From Ptychomitrium polyphyllum (taxonomy: Eukaryota): a DNA stretch of 64,000 nt. The stretch's first letter is position 1, and every line of letters begins with the position of its first letter. Where the stretch lies: the NCBI GenBank assembly GCA_973851085.1, contig OZ316776.1, positions 6,944,001-7,008,000 on the forward strand. The letters are read 5' to 3'. Positions 25,079-38,668 of the stretch are shown one piece after another. The notes under the pieces were generated by a model. That model was not told the origin of the DNA, made no database searches, and saw nothing but the letters and a program-made list of their open reading frames with translations. The translations under genes and the position numbers were made by a program.

Positions 25079-27751
25079 AATTTAATTGAAGATGTGTTCA
25101 TTTTTATATGTACCTTGGTATATATTAATAAAGCATTTTATAAAATTTCATTTAGTAATTTAGGTATATTGACTATAAGAATTTTTCTTTGAATATTTGC
25201 AAATTAAAAAGATGTGTTTGAAAGAAACTTGTATTTCTTTTTTTTAATGAAAAATCAAAGAAACGTGTTTTAATTCTCTATTATAATAAAATTTGAAGTA
25301 CAAAATAAAACATTCAATACTATTTTTGATTACTTTATCAACATCTAAATTCCAAATTTGAAAGGATGATTTTAGTTTTGGCTTTTAATCAATTTGATGG
25401 AGCCATATATTATTAAAAAAAGATTATTTTTCCATTGTATTTGTAGTTAATTTTGTAAAACTTGGGAAAATTGGAATTATGAATAATGGAAAGTTTTCTA
25501 CCATTTCAAAGGAAAACAAATACATATATAGAATATCATTCATTCTAAATGAACTTTTAAAAAATAATGGATAAAAAGCAATTAAAATTGGCAAATATAT
25601 CAAGATTTAAAAAGCTTCAATATTATGTTCCAAAAAACTAATAAGTACAACAAATGTGGTGAAATCTTCTCTTTCAGCCTTTCTTAATTCAACTCCAAAA
25701 TGGAAAAAGACAATTATTTAATGCATAATTGTAATTCAAAATAATGATGAAAATTTAATCAATGGCATTTCAATTGCAATAAGCAATTTGATTGTAGTAA
25801 GATGTAACTTACAATATTATTTGAACTAAATAAATGAAGTAGCACAAGAGAACATAATTGCTTTTCTAATTTATTTAAATGAAGCTATTCAAATAATTTA
25901 TGATTTTAGAAGATAAAAATGTATTCCAATACATAATCTTCTAATTTTAATTTTCATTAATTTTTTAATTAAATTATCTTATTTTATTTACTATAGTACA
26001 TGTTTTATAAATGCAAATTAATTAATTGATACTTTGATTTGACAATTTTTGTAAATTCATTTTAAATCTCTTGTTTAAAAATAGTAACAAAACTCTAATT
26101 TTTTTATAAAATTTGAAACTGCAAGGACATTAATTTTGGAACAAAGTATCAATTATAATATTTTAGTGGCAAATCATAATCTTAAATAAATAAATTTAAA
26201 AATAAGCATTCAAATAAACTTTGGAGCTTTTTCAATTAGCACAGTGTTTTATCAATATCCATCCATAACTTACAAGGAATAGGTCTAATTATTTTTTTAA
26301 TTCCAACAATGATTTAAATAAAATTTAGGTTTCAACACATTAATAATAGGAACTGATTGTAAAAGTTGAAAGTTGGAATGAATAAGGAATTGCAACTTCA
26401 CTCCACGCACATTTGGTCTTTATTGCAACAATAGGCTCTTGTTGCATCAAACACAATAATCTTTCATTTGCTATTTATTTTGAAGAATTATATTTTAGAA
26501 GATTAAAGTTCTTTTCATTAAAGCTCATTAAACAAGAATATCAAATGAATTTATAAAATTTTCAATTACAATTTAAATAAGATTAGTTTTTAAAAATTAA
26601 ATTTTTAAATGATGAGTTACAAGTAAAAAATCAATTAGGAGTTACTACCTCATTCCATACTCATAGGTTCTTTACAATGGCTATAGGTTTCTATTGCAAG
26701 TTATACATTTAATTAATTGATATACAACCCTTTAATTGCTTATTATTTTGTTTAGAATAATAAAGATTCACTCAATTGTAGCAAGAGATATTTGTGACAT
26801 TTTTCTTTTGAATAAAAGTTTAAACAACTTCTAATAGAATCCGCATTTCAAACTAATTTTCTATTCTTACATTTCAATCAAGACAATTTCATGTTGAAAA
26901 TGTTTTTTTAAATTTACATTTTGTCTATACAAGCAAAACATTGGTTAACAAAGTATTGATAAAAAGATAATGAATATTTCTTATATTCATATATTGACAT
27001 ATATGTGTAGAATTGTAAGTATAAAATGGCTAAAAAAACTTAAAATAAAACAATTTTTTTTAAAGAAATAAAAAATAAAAAATGAATCTATTACAAATAA
27101 TTTCTTAGAAGCACACAAATAGCCAATATAGGCAACTACTAGTATTATACAAAATTATATCCAATAAAATCAATGGCCATCTTTTATCTTTGTTATAATT
27201 AAGACTATTGAAAGTAACTATGTTTATTATTTAAGTTCATTTTGATTTTATTGAATTAATGAATTATTTTAAAAATGCTTCTTATGGATACATTTAGAAC
27301 TTCCTACTTATAGGTTTGTCATTTTATATCTCCTATTTACATCATTTTGTCCAATAAACAAGTTTATAATTAAAAAAGATTATAATTAATTTTTTTATAA
27401 ATTCCTATTTTCAAAGTTCTTAAACATTTAATTGAATATAGTGTAGAACATTGATTTTCATATTCTAATAAATTAACTATTTATGTTAAAGAAACTTATC
27501 CAACTTCTTATTAAAAAGATTTGCAAATCTTTTAAAAAATATTGTATCGTAAAACATGTTATAAATTACTTTAAGGAAGATATTTGTAAGAAGTAGATGG
27601 ACAATTCTAACTTATAAGGCAAAAGACAAACCTATTCTTATAGTGTGACGACAAAAAATTTAATATAAAAATAATTGAACTTTTAAAGTTTAATATATGT
27701 AATATTTAAAATGAAAAAATAAATCATATAGTTTCAATTTGTAAGATTTCA

Positions 27752-29499
27752 TCATACTATGTAACACATTTGAGATAAATTTTCTGAATCAAGTTGGCAA
27801 AGTTTAAAGGGACAAGTGATATTTTGATCCCATGTCACTTTACAAGCATCAAAATCTATGCTACCATGCCATAACTTGTGTAACCTAGATCCATATGAAG
27901 AAATAAGAGTATAGACTTCCATTGCACTATCAAGAGACTCCACAACAACAAGATCAAATACTTGACAATGTGGAACATAATTGTAATCATTTTCCAAACA
28001 AGATCTTGAAAGACTTCCTCTAATCATATCCTCTTGATCCTGCACAAACATAGTATGATTTCAACACAATCCATCATAGTAAAATATAAAGTTAAAAAAA
28101 ATATACAATAGAACATGAATTCTTCACACAAATTAAAATTTCATATTGATGACCTTACACATAGTTTGCCATCGTATAGAGTGGTATTATGGGTGGTGGT
28201 GTCATATGTAACAAGTATGCCATCAATAATATCAAGAATCAAACAACCATAAGCAGATGTGCAGCACTTAGAGAACTCAAATTCCACTGTGCTCCAATTC
28301 CTGGATAGAATATTGTAGACTTGAGCAGAGTTGACATCTGGCTTAATAAGAACATCAGGGTCAAGAATATCATAGCCGTATGCAAAAATTTGGTTGTTCA
28401 GAGCTAAGATTCCATTACAATAGAACTGCACATCAACCATTTCAGGCAAGTGGTGCCATTGATTGTCATTGACATTGTAAACCTCAGGAGGGCATGTGCC
28501 CCCAACCACATAAATGTGTCCATCGTGGGCAGCACATTTCACATGAGCCCTTGGAAAATGCATGCTGGCACATTGTTCCCACCACCAATGCCCCTGTGGA
28601 ATGCTCCACACTGAAACAGGGTGATTTTAGGGCCAATGCACTTATCACACATTAGACATGCAAGTTCATTGTCAATTATGAGAGGTATTCATGAAAGCAT
28701 CCCAATTGTGAAAATGCCACAAATGCTACACTTTTCCTGTGGTGGAAGGTACACGCTTCAGTTTTCAAATTTGTGGTTTAGCATTGTAATGCTTCTAACA
28801 TACAGAAATTGCTGTCCTCAATTTTGTTGTGTTGTGGTGATGCAAATTATATGTGGTATTGCATTTAGAGATGCAATGCTAATTATCACTTGGAGAGGTC
28901 ACTACTCTGAGAATACAATAAAAATTAATTCATTTGGTAGATCACAATGAAAGAAATTATGTTGCACTTACTAAACCAATATTGAGCATGTGCATAGCAG
29001 CGCTTTCTTTAACCTTTGTCGTGTCAGGGATGCCACCCATTACATAGAGCTTTCCATCCAAGCAAACAAAGCCACACTGCGATGGTATTCCAGATGGACA
29101 TGATTGGATAGGGGGCAGCCGGTGCCATAATCCATCATGTAAATCACACATTTCAATTGCATATTTCTGAAGGAGAAAAATATCAGATGATTCATCATCA
29201 GAATCTTGAGATGAAAGTCTTACTCTGGGGGATTTTGCAATTTTTTCTTCTTCAGACATGCATGATGTATTGCCCACGAGCTCATGAATCAAAAATAATC
29301 CTCTTGGTTTGTAAAGTTCTTTTGTACAAGAATCAAAGAAGCTGCAATTTCTAAACACCATTTTCCATGCTTTGGAGGTGGAGAGCATTTGTGGTCGGGT
29401 GTACCATGAAAGCCTTGGTAGTATGAAACATGCAACAAGCAAATCAGGCAACCCAGGGATGAGTTCTTGTTCTAAACATTCTTGCTTTGTAATTGCCAT
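27752..29499 (-). CDS. F-box/Kelch-repeat protein, 3 exons (28972-29499, 28159-28593, 27752-28039), ~416 aa
   Basis: LIPGLPD F-box start and Kelch blades (WHRLPPI..CLDGKLYVMGG; ASMHFPR..AAHDGHIYVVGG..EVYN..W). GT-AG phase-0 introns join the exons in frame. Confidence 0.88.
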
Positions 29500-32400
29500 C
29501 AATTGGGTAACTTATTATGTGTACTAACAACTTAAGGGTTCAAATATTTTTGGAAATTGAAGTGCTGAATTGATTTTGATGTGTTGAATAAAGTTGAATA
29601 TTTAATGTAAATCAAGTAGGCAAGTGTATATATGCTGTTCAGATTGTGCATTCTTTACTTTTACAACAATACACAATTGAATCTAAAAAGTGACTCTAAT
29701 CTTACAGTCAAAAAGATGACTCTGATCTTACAGTGATTGTAAAGTTGTTGTAACAAAGAAGTGAAAGATATTTTGTTATTTCAAAAGATTTCATTTGAAA
29801 ACTAAAAGCTAATATTGAGAAAACCTAAATTTGGTATGTCTTTTCAATGCTCAATAGCAGATTCAAACTTCCTATTTTAAAACCAATTTATGGTTTTGCA
29901 TATAAACATAAAGGTGTAATCTTTTTATAATCTATTTTCTTCATAAATTAAAAGTGATAATTTACAATGTACTCATTAAAGTCAAATGTATGGAATCATG
30001 GAGAATATATATATACATACATACTAGTAACAAAACAACAATGATAATAGGTAGTTACATTTTGTGTTCAAAGAAGAAGAATAAAATTATAAAGGTAGAT
30101 ACATAAATCTCAATGTCTAAAGGTTCTTATGTATTTACCTTCACAAATTCAAAAAATCCAAAATTTTCTAAATATGATTTATATTTAGATGAAGAACTAA
30201 AATTTTCATTTTTTTCATGTTCTTGGAACTCAAATGCCTTTTTTCACGACCATTTATAATCCACTTCTAGTTATGACACTTTAACACTAAAAGGCACCAA
30301 GCGCAAGCTTCCAATTTTGTTCAACTTCCAATTTTTTTCAATAATATGCTTTATATCCATAAGCATCAATTCTAACTTGCATAGGATTTCATAATTAGAA
30401 AATGGTTGCAATAGTTAGAATAAATTGTACATGAAAGTGTTTAGAGTGTTAGGTGGATTTATTTCTAAAATTTAAATTGCAAGCTTTGTTGAATTGAAAA
30501 TAATGATATTTTAAAATAAGTTAATTTTGAACCTTTCTTTTAGAAGTTATCAATAATTAAAGTGAAAACACATTAAAGTTCATGTATTTGAAATTACATT
30601 CTAATTCTTAAAAAGTTTCAAATAACTATAACACATTCATTATATAAATCCACTTCAACAGACCTTTATCTTTATTCAATTCTAGAATGTATTCTAGCCT
30701 ATGTTTCTATATATGGAAATTCAAAATCCTTTAAGAATTTCAAAAACTAATATTAAATGCATTTAATGATGGAAGTCCTTTAAGAGGTTTACAAAGAAAG
30801 CATACTCATACAAATGAAAAGAAGAAAGTTTGTTTAAAATATTGAGTGATATTGATACATATATAAAATCCTTAATTTAACCTACAAAGGTTTGAAGTGT
30901 TCCTTCTATTTTTGGCTTAAAACAATGATGTAAAGAATGTTATCAGTTTACTATTTGCTAATATAGAACTCGTTTCTTTTCTCTTTGTATCTTCTTTGTT
31001 TTCGTGGGTTTTATTGAAATTTTTTCTTTTCTTTTCCTTTTTTTCCCTTTCTTTTTCCCTCTTATACAACTAAAGGGTGTCCCTTTACTGCAGAAAGAAT
31101 GATACAAACCTACCCCAGTCAGGTCCGGCCGGGAAAGCAATGAGTACCATTTTTGGGCTATACTTCTGTCATGATCCAACTTTTTAACAGTTCAATTTGT
31201 CGACCACTTTCCAGTTGCTACTTTGAAGATTTTGAAGATCCCAACTGTAATTGACTCGTTCTGGCTGGTCCCGCAAAATCTATGAAGAGTCGAGACGTGA
31301 GACAAAAATGTTGAAACTTCAACAAAATTTCTAAATATGTGTGCAGTTTCCCTTAGTGTTACGGCCAGATATTTTGCATCGTGGGAAGCGCTGTACAGTA
31401 TACAGTTTCCCCAGTGCTACTGTGCCAATGGATCAATGATTGTCAGTCCACGATGCTCTAGATACTCACATGCAACACTTACCACCGAGTGCGCTCATTC
31501 AGCGGATCTACGTATGGGCCAGATGATGACTGTTGCTATCTACAGTCGGCAGCGTCGTGTATCTATTGATCATTGGTGCGGTGTGTGGAGAGAATCCAGG
31601 TAAAGGGTCTCACATTTCTCAAGATGCTATTTGGGGACCGCTAGCTATCATCGTTGCAGTACAGTAGCCGCTCCTCTTGCACGACGGGGTCCAAAGGCGA
31701 AGAATGTTACAGTCCAAGCTGTTTCTAGTATCTGGCATGACTCCTAAGCAGATTCTTTCTTAGTTTGGAGGAAGAGATCTCCTGGAACTAGTGATTTATC
31801 CTGCTCGTGTTGATCCTGATCAATTTTTGTCAAAAGTTATTCGTGCTTCATACTTCCTCTGATGGTGTCTCGGTGATTTCCAGGCTATCCTGGATTTGTT
31901 CTTTTTTCTTTTAATGCAAAGGGCTTCTCGCCCTTCTGGTTTCAAAACGCAAATTAAAAAGACTAACAGTTTCTTCAACGATTTTGTAGCTCCAGATTCT
32001 GAAGGATGAGTCCTACGTCCCTACAGTACTGGAAAAGGTTTCTCTATCTGGAGGTGATATGCATTCATGGAATTCACAATCTATTCTGCTAAAGCGTCTG
32101 CATTTCAAATCTTGCATCAGCTAGATCCACGGAATCCGCATGATACAGATGCTGGTAAACACATAACTTTGGCTGCCCATTCCGGAGGCTGATCCATGCA
32201 CTTGGAAATGATTAAGATATGCAACGCCTCAATTGTACAAGTCCATAAACAAGCAACTTACAAATAGGGTAGCCATCGGAGCGTCTTCGCAGGGGCCCTC
32301 CAAAAATCAAGTAAATTTCAGTCCATGGTAAAGTAGGGAGCAGCATTGAGTCGGGGGCTGTTATTGCATGAAAATGTGCTTGCTAGGCACATCCCAAAAG

Positions 32401-34071
32401 CAGTGTAGGTTTCTACCTGCCTTAACTTCTAACAACTTAGAAGTTAAGACATGTACTGTGGATCTACATGCTGCTTATAGAATGTTCCTCACAAGCACAT
32501 TTCCGCGCAATCACAGCCCCGATACAATTGCTACTCTCTACCTTACAGCTTGCATCTCTAGCCTGATTCAACTAAGCATCGTAATCTTAGCCCCCTCCAC
32601 CAGAGTCCTCATTGGATGTCAGCATTTCCAACGTGCCTTGCATGTTAAGAAGTTCCACTTTGAATCTTAAAATATTCCAACTTATCGACTCTCGAGAAGC
32701 ACGGCGACTGAATGCTACATAATAAATATACACCCTCACGAGCATCACCATACAGCAACCATCATTGCTCGAATTCCAAAATTCGTACGACTGTGCCGAA
32801 CTCTTTGAGATTGATGTAACGGGGCAGAGACTTGACGTTCTGGGCTTGGATCACTAGGTGGATGTTCATTAGGGGGACTGGTAAGCAGATTAAATGGAGT
32901 TATCCTCGGCCACTTCTTAAACTCTTTTCATCGTTCGAAGTACTTCCAAGCTGAAATACGGTACATGTGATCGCTGTCTGATGAGGGAAACTGTGAGGAC
33001 CCTTAGTATCGGAGGGAAGACTATCTAAGAGGTTTTCCAAGTTGCCTCGCAGAGGCTGATGCAGCTCCTTCACATCGAGGGATCGTATGTGAGCATCCCA
33101 GCCTCGACAAAAATCACGTGTGGAAACATTTGACCTTACAGGTGCTGCACAGATTGATTCCCTCTCGAAGCGAAAGCTGCGCTCCTCCTGAAGGTATTTC
33201 AGATTTGGTTCCTCAACATCAACGAGTTAGGTACTAACATGTCAGTAAGTCGTGAACGTTTTATTTGCAGCTTCGATGCTTGTGTATGTTGTCTACTAAC
33301 GATATCAAAGATGTTTAGTTCAAGGTATATTCCTAACCAGAATCATTCTTTAGACAAATACATAGAGACACATACTCCTTGTCATTCTGCACGGATTAGA
33401 TTGGAACTACAATTTTTCTTAAAATTCTGCAGAACTCCGGGTCAACAGGTATGAAATTTTGAATAAAGATGAGCCAGGCGAGGAGGCAAGAGGAACTGAT
33501 CTATTGAAACGGAAGTTACTTAGGCAGCACATAACATTCTTTAGCTGAATGACGCTGAACCATGATCCAATATGATCCAACAGTACTAGAACAGTACTCC
33601 ACTTCTCCAAGTGCTAAATTTTGCCCAACATTGTTTACAGTTTGCGTATCTGGCGGGGACTACTGTAGAAGTGGGGCAGGTAATCTGGCTAAAGAATGTA
33701 ATGAAAGACTCAAACCAAAGAGTAATCTCAATAAGTTCACTTACATGACATGCTGAAGTCGTTGACAATATGCGATGGTCATTGATCATGGCGAAATGAT
33801 CATGCGATATATTCCGTAGTGGTTGGCTTCAGAAAATGAGATGCCGCCTTCTAACTCTGTGAGAAGTAAGAAGTGCGAGAAGTGTTCAGATCAAGAAATT
33901 AGCATTCTCCCATTAAACATGGTTTGTTTATAACCGGCCTATTCATCGCGTGACAAACAAACCAGCATCCTTGTTGAGTTGCTAGAATCATGTCAAAGAT
34001 CTTGTCATTCCTATCAACCTATTACAGATCAACTTACTTCTGGGTGGTTGTTTGTTGTTGCAGTTCTTAAA

Positions 34072-36170
34072 ATGGAGCCCAAGGGAGATGTTCATCCACA
34101 TCAAATTCATTTGAACCATATTCCTGTCATTGATCTTGCAGCACTGCAAGACAGTCATGTAGATGATTGTAAACGGAAGCATATAATCGCTGAGATTGCT
34201 AACGCTTGCAAAAGCTGGGGCGCCTTTCAGTTGGTCAACCATGGCATTCATCTAGATGTAATTGAGAAAGCCAGAGATCAAGCACGAAAGGTGTTTGATT
34301 TACCAAGTGAAACACGGTGGAAGGCTAAACGGCAGCCAGGCAGCTTGTCTGGATATGGCAATGGCGCTGTCATTGCAGACGCAGTCAACAACGAGATTAC
34401 ATCCGAAGCTATCACCTTTGGGTACCCGCAGTCTGAGGCCACTATGATTGCTAGCAAGTTGTGGCCCCATGGCAATCCTGATTTCAGGTAAGTACCAAGC
34501 ACGGTAGTAATCCAACTAGTGACGGTAGGCGTCGTTCTTCCTTCTTCTCCTTCGAGCAAATAAGATATGAGTAGCCAGTAACTCCAAGTTTAGAAATGAG
34601 ACATACCGATGGTCCACTTGTTCGTGTCTGCGACAATGAGTGGCGAAATTCTGATTTTACCTCTGTTAGGTGCCGGTTGAGGTCAAATATGAAGTAAACC
34701 GTACAAATGTCATTACCCTTTCTTTCCTACGTCTCATCCTCCCAAGCGGACGAAGGTATAGTCGCCGAGGTATAGTTTTAATATGATTCAAATTCTTTTG
34801 GAAACTCACGAGAACCTCACAATTCAGGTCTGTCTTGCTAGGTTACCAGTAGTTGAATTACAAGGCGGGCTCTGCACAACACAGAAGTTTTTAGATACGC
34901 ATCCAGCATTACATAGAAAGATTTGTAGTGTGAGCTCTGACCTCTTTAGAGGCCAGCGTAAATAAAAAATAGTTCCTAACTGCATTTCAATACAGATTGC
35001 AAGTACCTCAGAGCCTACTTCTGATCTTATCTGTGTAGTAGATACTCTCCGAGATAGTGTCAATATGGTAGAACTGACCGTCTATAAAGGAGATCAAACA
35101 ATATAATATTCAGCTACTGCAATAATCGTTGAGATGCAGTTCTCGCATAGTACCTAAGAAGAGAGAAAAAAACTTTTAATCTGAAAGCATTCCTCGTACC
35201 TAGTAGCATCGAGTCCTCCAAGCACCTTCGAGCAAAATTATCGTACACTAACAATTGCAAGTGTTATGTCCAACCAGGATGAGCATAGACGAGTATAACG
35301 CGAACTCCCATAAGCTGGCCTTGACGATCATGAGACTCATGGTTGAAGGTCTGCAGCCTCAGGCAAACTCAGCACATTTTCAGCCTTACTTGACAGAACA
35401 ATTTGGAGTGCTCAGAATCAACAACTACCCTGTAAGCAACCATCCAGCTCGAGACATCGGACTTCCGCCACACATTGATGATACCTTGCTCACCATTGTG
35501 CACCAAGGATCCGACGTTGAAGGACTTGAACTAATTAAAGACGGTCAGTGGGTCAAAGTGCCACCGCGGGGCGACGTTTTGACTGTACTTGTGGCGGCCG
35601 TTTGTCAGGTACTATTCTAAACTACCTTCTCATATCAGCTTCTCGAAATACTACGGATTCATTTTAAAGGTACCCTCTAATGAAGCACAAGACACACATA
35701 GAAGAATGTATCATCCTCCGGGGATTTGGAAAATTGCACAAAATTGGAACCCTATTCAAACTGTTCGATCTGTTTTGTCTGGCTTCCTTTGATCTTGTCT
35801 ATTCATAAACTTGGATCTCTACTATTCGCAGGTAATTACAAATGATACTTACAAAGCTGTTCTCCATCGAGCAGTCACAAATCAAAACAAAGTCCGGCTC
35901 TCCATGGTGTATTCAGCCTACCCCCCAGCGAAGATCTTTATCACCGCTGCTCCTGAATTTGTGAGCCGCACACATCCTCCCTTGTATAAACCATTCACAT
36001 GGTCAGAGTATCTGTCTGGTAAAGTTAGACACATACTTGACCCGCTTGATGGCTTACAATCAGAAAAGAGGGACGAAGAAGCCCAAAAACAATATTCAAA
36101 ATCCACAGGAAATGGGAGTGAATCTCTCCACCTAGACCCAGGGATAAGGAGTGAAATCAGAAGCTACTGA
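34072..36170 (+). CDS. 2-oxoglutarate/Fe(II)-dependent dioxygenase (DOXC class), 3 exons (34072-34487, 35278-35608, 35832-36170), ~361 aa
   Basis: IPVIDL, ACKSWGAFQLVNHGI, LRINNYP, HxD (PHIDD), distal His (VLHRAV) and RxS (RLSM). Canonical GT-AG junctions in frame. Confidence 0.93.
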
Positions 36171-36996
36171 CTCGGGAGCATTATCGATTTCTTGACTAAA
36201 GATGAAAAACTGAGACGATTTGCAAAGCAAAATCTTAGTCGAGGATTCCCTTACTCTGTCCCTAGTCTAGCACCATAGCATGCAGAGCTCACTAGCAATA
36301 ATTGTTGATTGGAGAATTCTTGGACTTTAGAAGCAATTGTCAGAAGTGACCAGTCTCTTCATTTAAAATTGCATAAAGCAATATCACTCATAAATTATTG
36401 CCAAACTAAAGTTTAGCTTATAATGATCTAGAGACTCACGTATGCAATCAAGTGAATTGGTAACTCACAGATTTTGCTGCCGTAAGAGCTTGCTGCGAAG
36501 CAGATAAATTGCTCCTTACAGTGAAGGCCACCTGCTAAGCTCTTGAATAAACAGCGTCAATAGCCTATGAGTAGTATCAATATTCTGAAATGTCCTCAAT
36601 TAACTAAAAAATGATTGGTCAAAAAAACTGTGGAAAAATTGCAGTCAGAATCAGCAGAACATTCAAGTGCGTTTGTACTCATCGATATTTAGCGTCAAGA
36701 ATTAAAAATACACCCATCGCGTGCACAAGAACGTGACTTAAGAGTAAATAGAAGCATTTTCTGTTCTCCTAAACCCTTCAAAACTTTAACATCCTACTTA
36801 ACAAAACATTCTGTCAATTCAATGAAGACCTTTCTCAAGTCAAGGAAGAAGACTAAATGCCTATGTGGTATGCATAAAAGCATGCATTTACAAAGCAAGA
36901 ATTGCAAATGAGAGCATGCGTCTATTGCATTATCATAAAATTCTTCTTAAGGAAAGTACGAAGTCTACATGAGATTAGGATGCAGTAAATCTAATT

Positions 36997-38668
36997 CTAT
37001 AAAATACGCTCCAACTCTCTAGTATAACCTAGAGTTTGACTGATCAGCTGTAGAGAGAGAATCTCCTTGTACGGTGCAAGCTCTTTAGCTTTCTGAAAGT
37101 ATACTCTGGTGCCATGGATCTCCCAATCAAGATGATCCTGCATAAAGCCCGGTCCCGAACTGCATGTCAGTGGCTTGTAATAAATCCATAATTTCAGATG
37201 CTGAATAGAAATAGCAACAGAAACCAGAAATGCACGAGGTCTAATAAATTCAAATTGACGCAAGCCCTTCACGAATATTTACATCCAAACATACGCCTGC
37301 AACTCCTGATCCGATGCGAACATCAGGATTTTCTTTACATCCGCCAAAGAAAATAAGTCGTAAACCTTCTTACTGTACCCTGCAACTTCATCTCTGTGCA
37401 CAATCAAATAGATGAAAATGAAAGCACATCATTATAAACATACGGAGGCAAAAGCTATCCTGGCAAGATGCAACGTCTGACCTAACCAGTCAGTCACAGA
37501 GAAAGGCTCTAGAGATTGTCAAACCTGACGGTTTAAGGGAGAAGGTCCATCAAATACACACAAGTTTCATGTAGACAGCTTGATGCGCACTCAGGTAACG
37601 GTTGTTGAAGACTTCTAGCTCAACAGCGTGCTTTATACATGTATGATCGTGGGTTACAGGTGGTAGAAGCTCTAGTTCTGCAAATTCCAACCACACCAAT
37701 GTCAAGCATTGCAATAAACAGACAAAACAAGAAAGCAACATTAAAACATCTACTATTGAGCAGAAGTTGGGTATGACAATACTAATACCAAGAAATCATG
37801 TAAATTATAATCTCATACACTAAATCACCTAAGAATTAGTACACATGCACTTGTGAGAAGAAGCTCTTGCACAGATATTGGAGGCGATTCGAATAAAGGC
37901 GGAAGACCACCCAACTCCGTCAACTACACCTGAAAGATCAAATAATCTCACCGAAGAACAACCATACCAACACGTAATAACAAAATCCTTATCCCTGATA
38001 TATTCTTCTCCAAACCCGAGTCCAGTGAAAGCTTTGAAACTCCCCTTCCTCAAATATACATTTGCAAGCATTCACTCCAAACACCGTCCTCGAAGCGCTA
38101 ACTTGCACTAACAAAGCATGCAATGAAGACATTTTCATAATCAACTAGAATGCCTTGCACCGCTGGCACAACGATGCAGACCGTTTCGCAGAGCAAATGA
38201 TTTTGAAATTTTATATCTGCCGCACTCTTGGTTCCAAAACTTATAAATTATCAATGTGCACCTCCCCTTGCTTAAAGCTTTTCAACTGTACCAAGAACTT
38301 TCCCATTACGGTACTTGGCTTTACGGTTTGGGAGATTTAAGATATAACCACAAACAAAATAAACAAACTCTCTCCCTAGATATGTTGACTAGTACACCAC
38401 GTGCCTTGATCCAACCATGGCAGCCAAGTTCGCGGTGCAAACCTGTGCAAACCCTAGTATATATAGAAAGTTTACAACATATCCTTGAAACCTAAACTTG
38501 CACCATCAGAGCACTCAAAGAATTCCCTGATTACAACAGTTATCGAGGGAAGCGAAGAGGAACCTTGATCTGCGAGAGGAGGTTGTCGCTGGTATCCACA
38601 TCATCCTTATGACATGAAGCCTTGAACTTGTGGAACCACCAGCTGATATCCGCGAACCTGGCCTCCAT
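36997..38668 (-). pseudogene. RPN12: 26S proteasome lid subunit RPN12 (PSMD8), unprocessed pseudogene
   Basis: Exon 38564-38668 MEARFADISWWFHKFKAS..DNLLSQIK; 37851-37929 V*LTELGGLPPLFESPP..QELLLT; ~37525-37677 LELLPP..CIKHAVELE..YLMDLLP*TVR; ~37278-37393 DEVAGYSKKVYD..LMFASDQEL; 36997-37137 DHLDWEI..FQKAKE.APYKEILSLQLISQTLGYTRELERIL*. Carries stops and frameshifts, and the middle exons are absent. Confidence 0.88.

Noticed and set aside
23575..27700. AT-rich stretch with short peptide-like fragments (for example QEPIVAIKTKCAWSEV on the minus strand near 26.4 kb)
   Set aside because: Could be a decayed gene or TE, but no family or consistent exon chain can be supported without a tBLASTx search.
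33052..33106. Imperfect hairpin (GAGGCTG...CAGCCTC) as a miRNA candidate
   Set aside because: Stem too short and bulged for a plant pre-miRNA, and no recognisable mature sequence.
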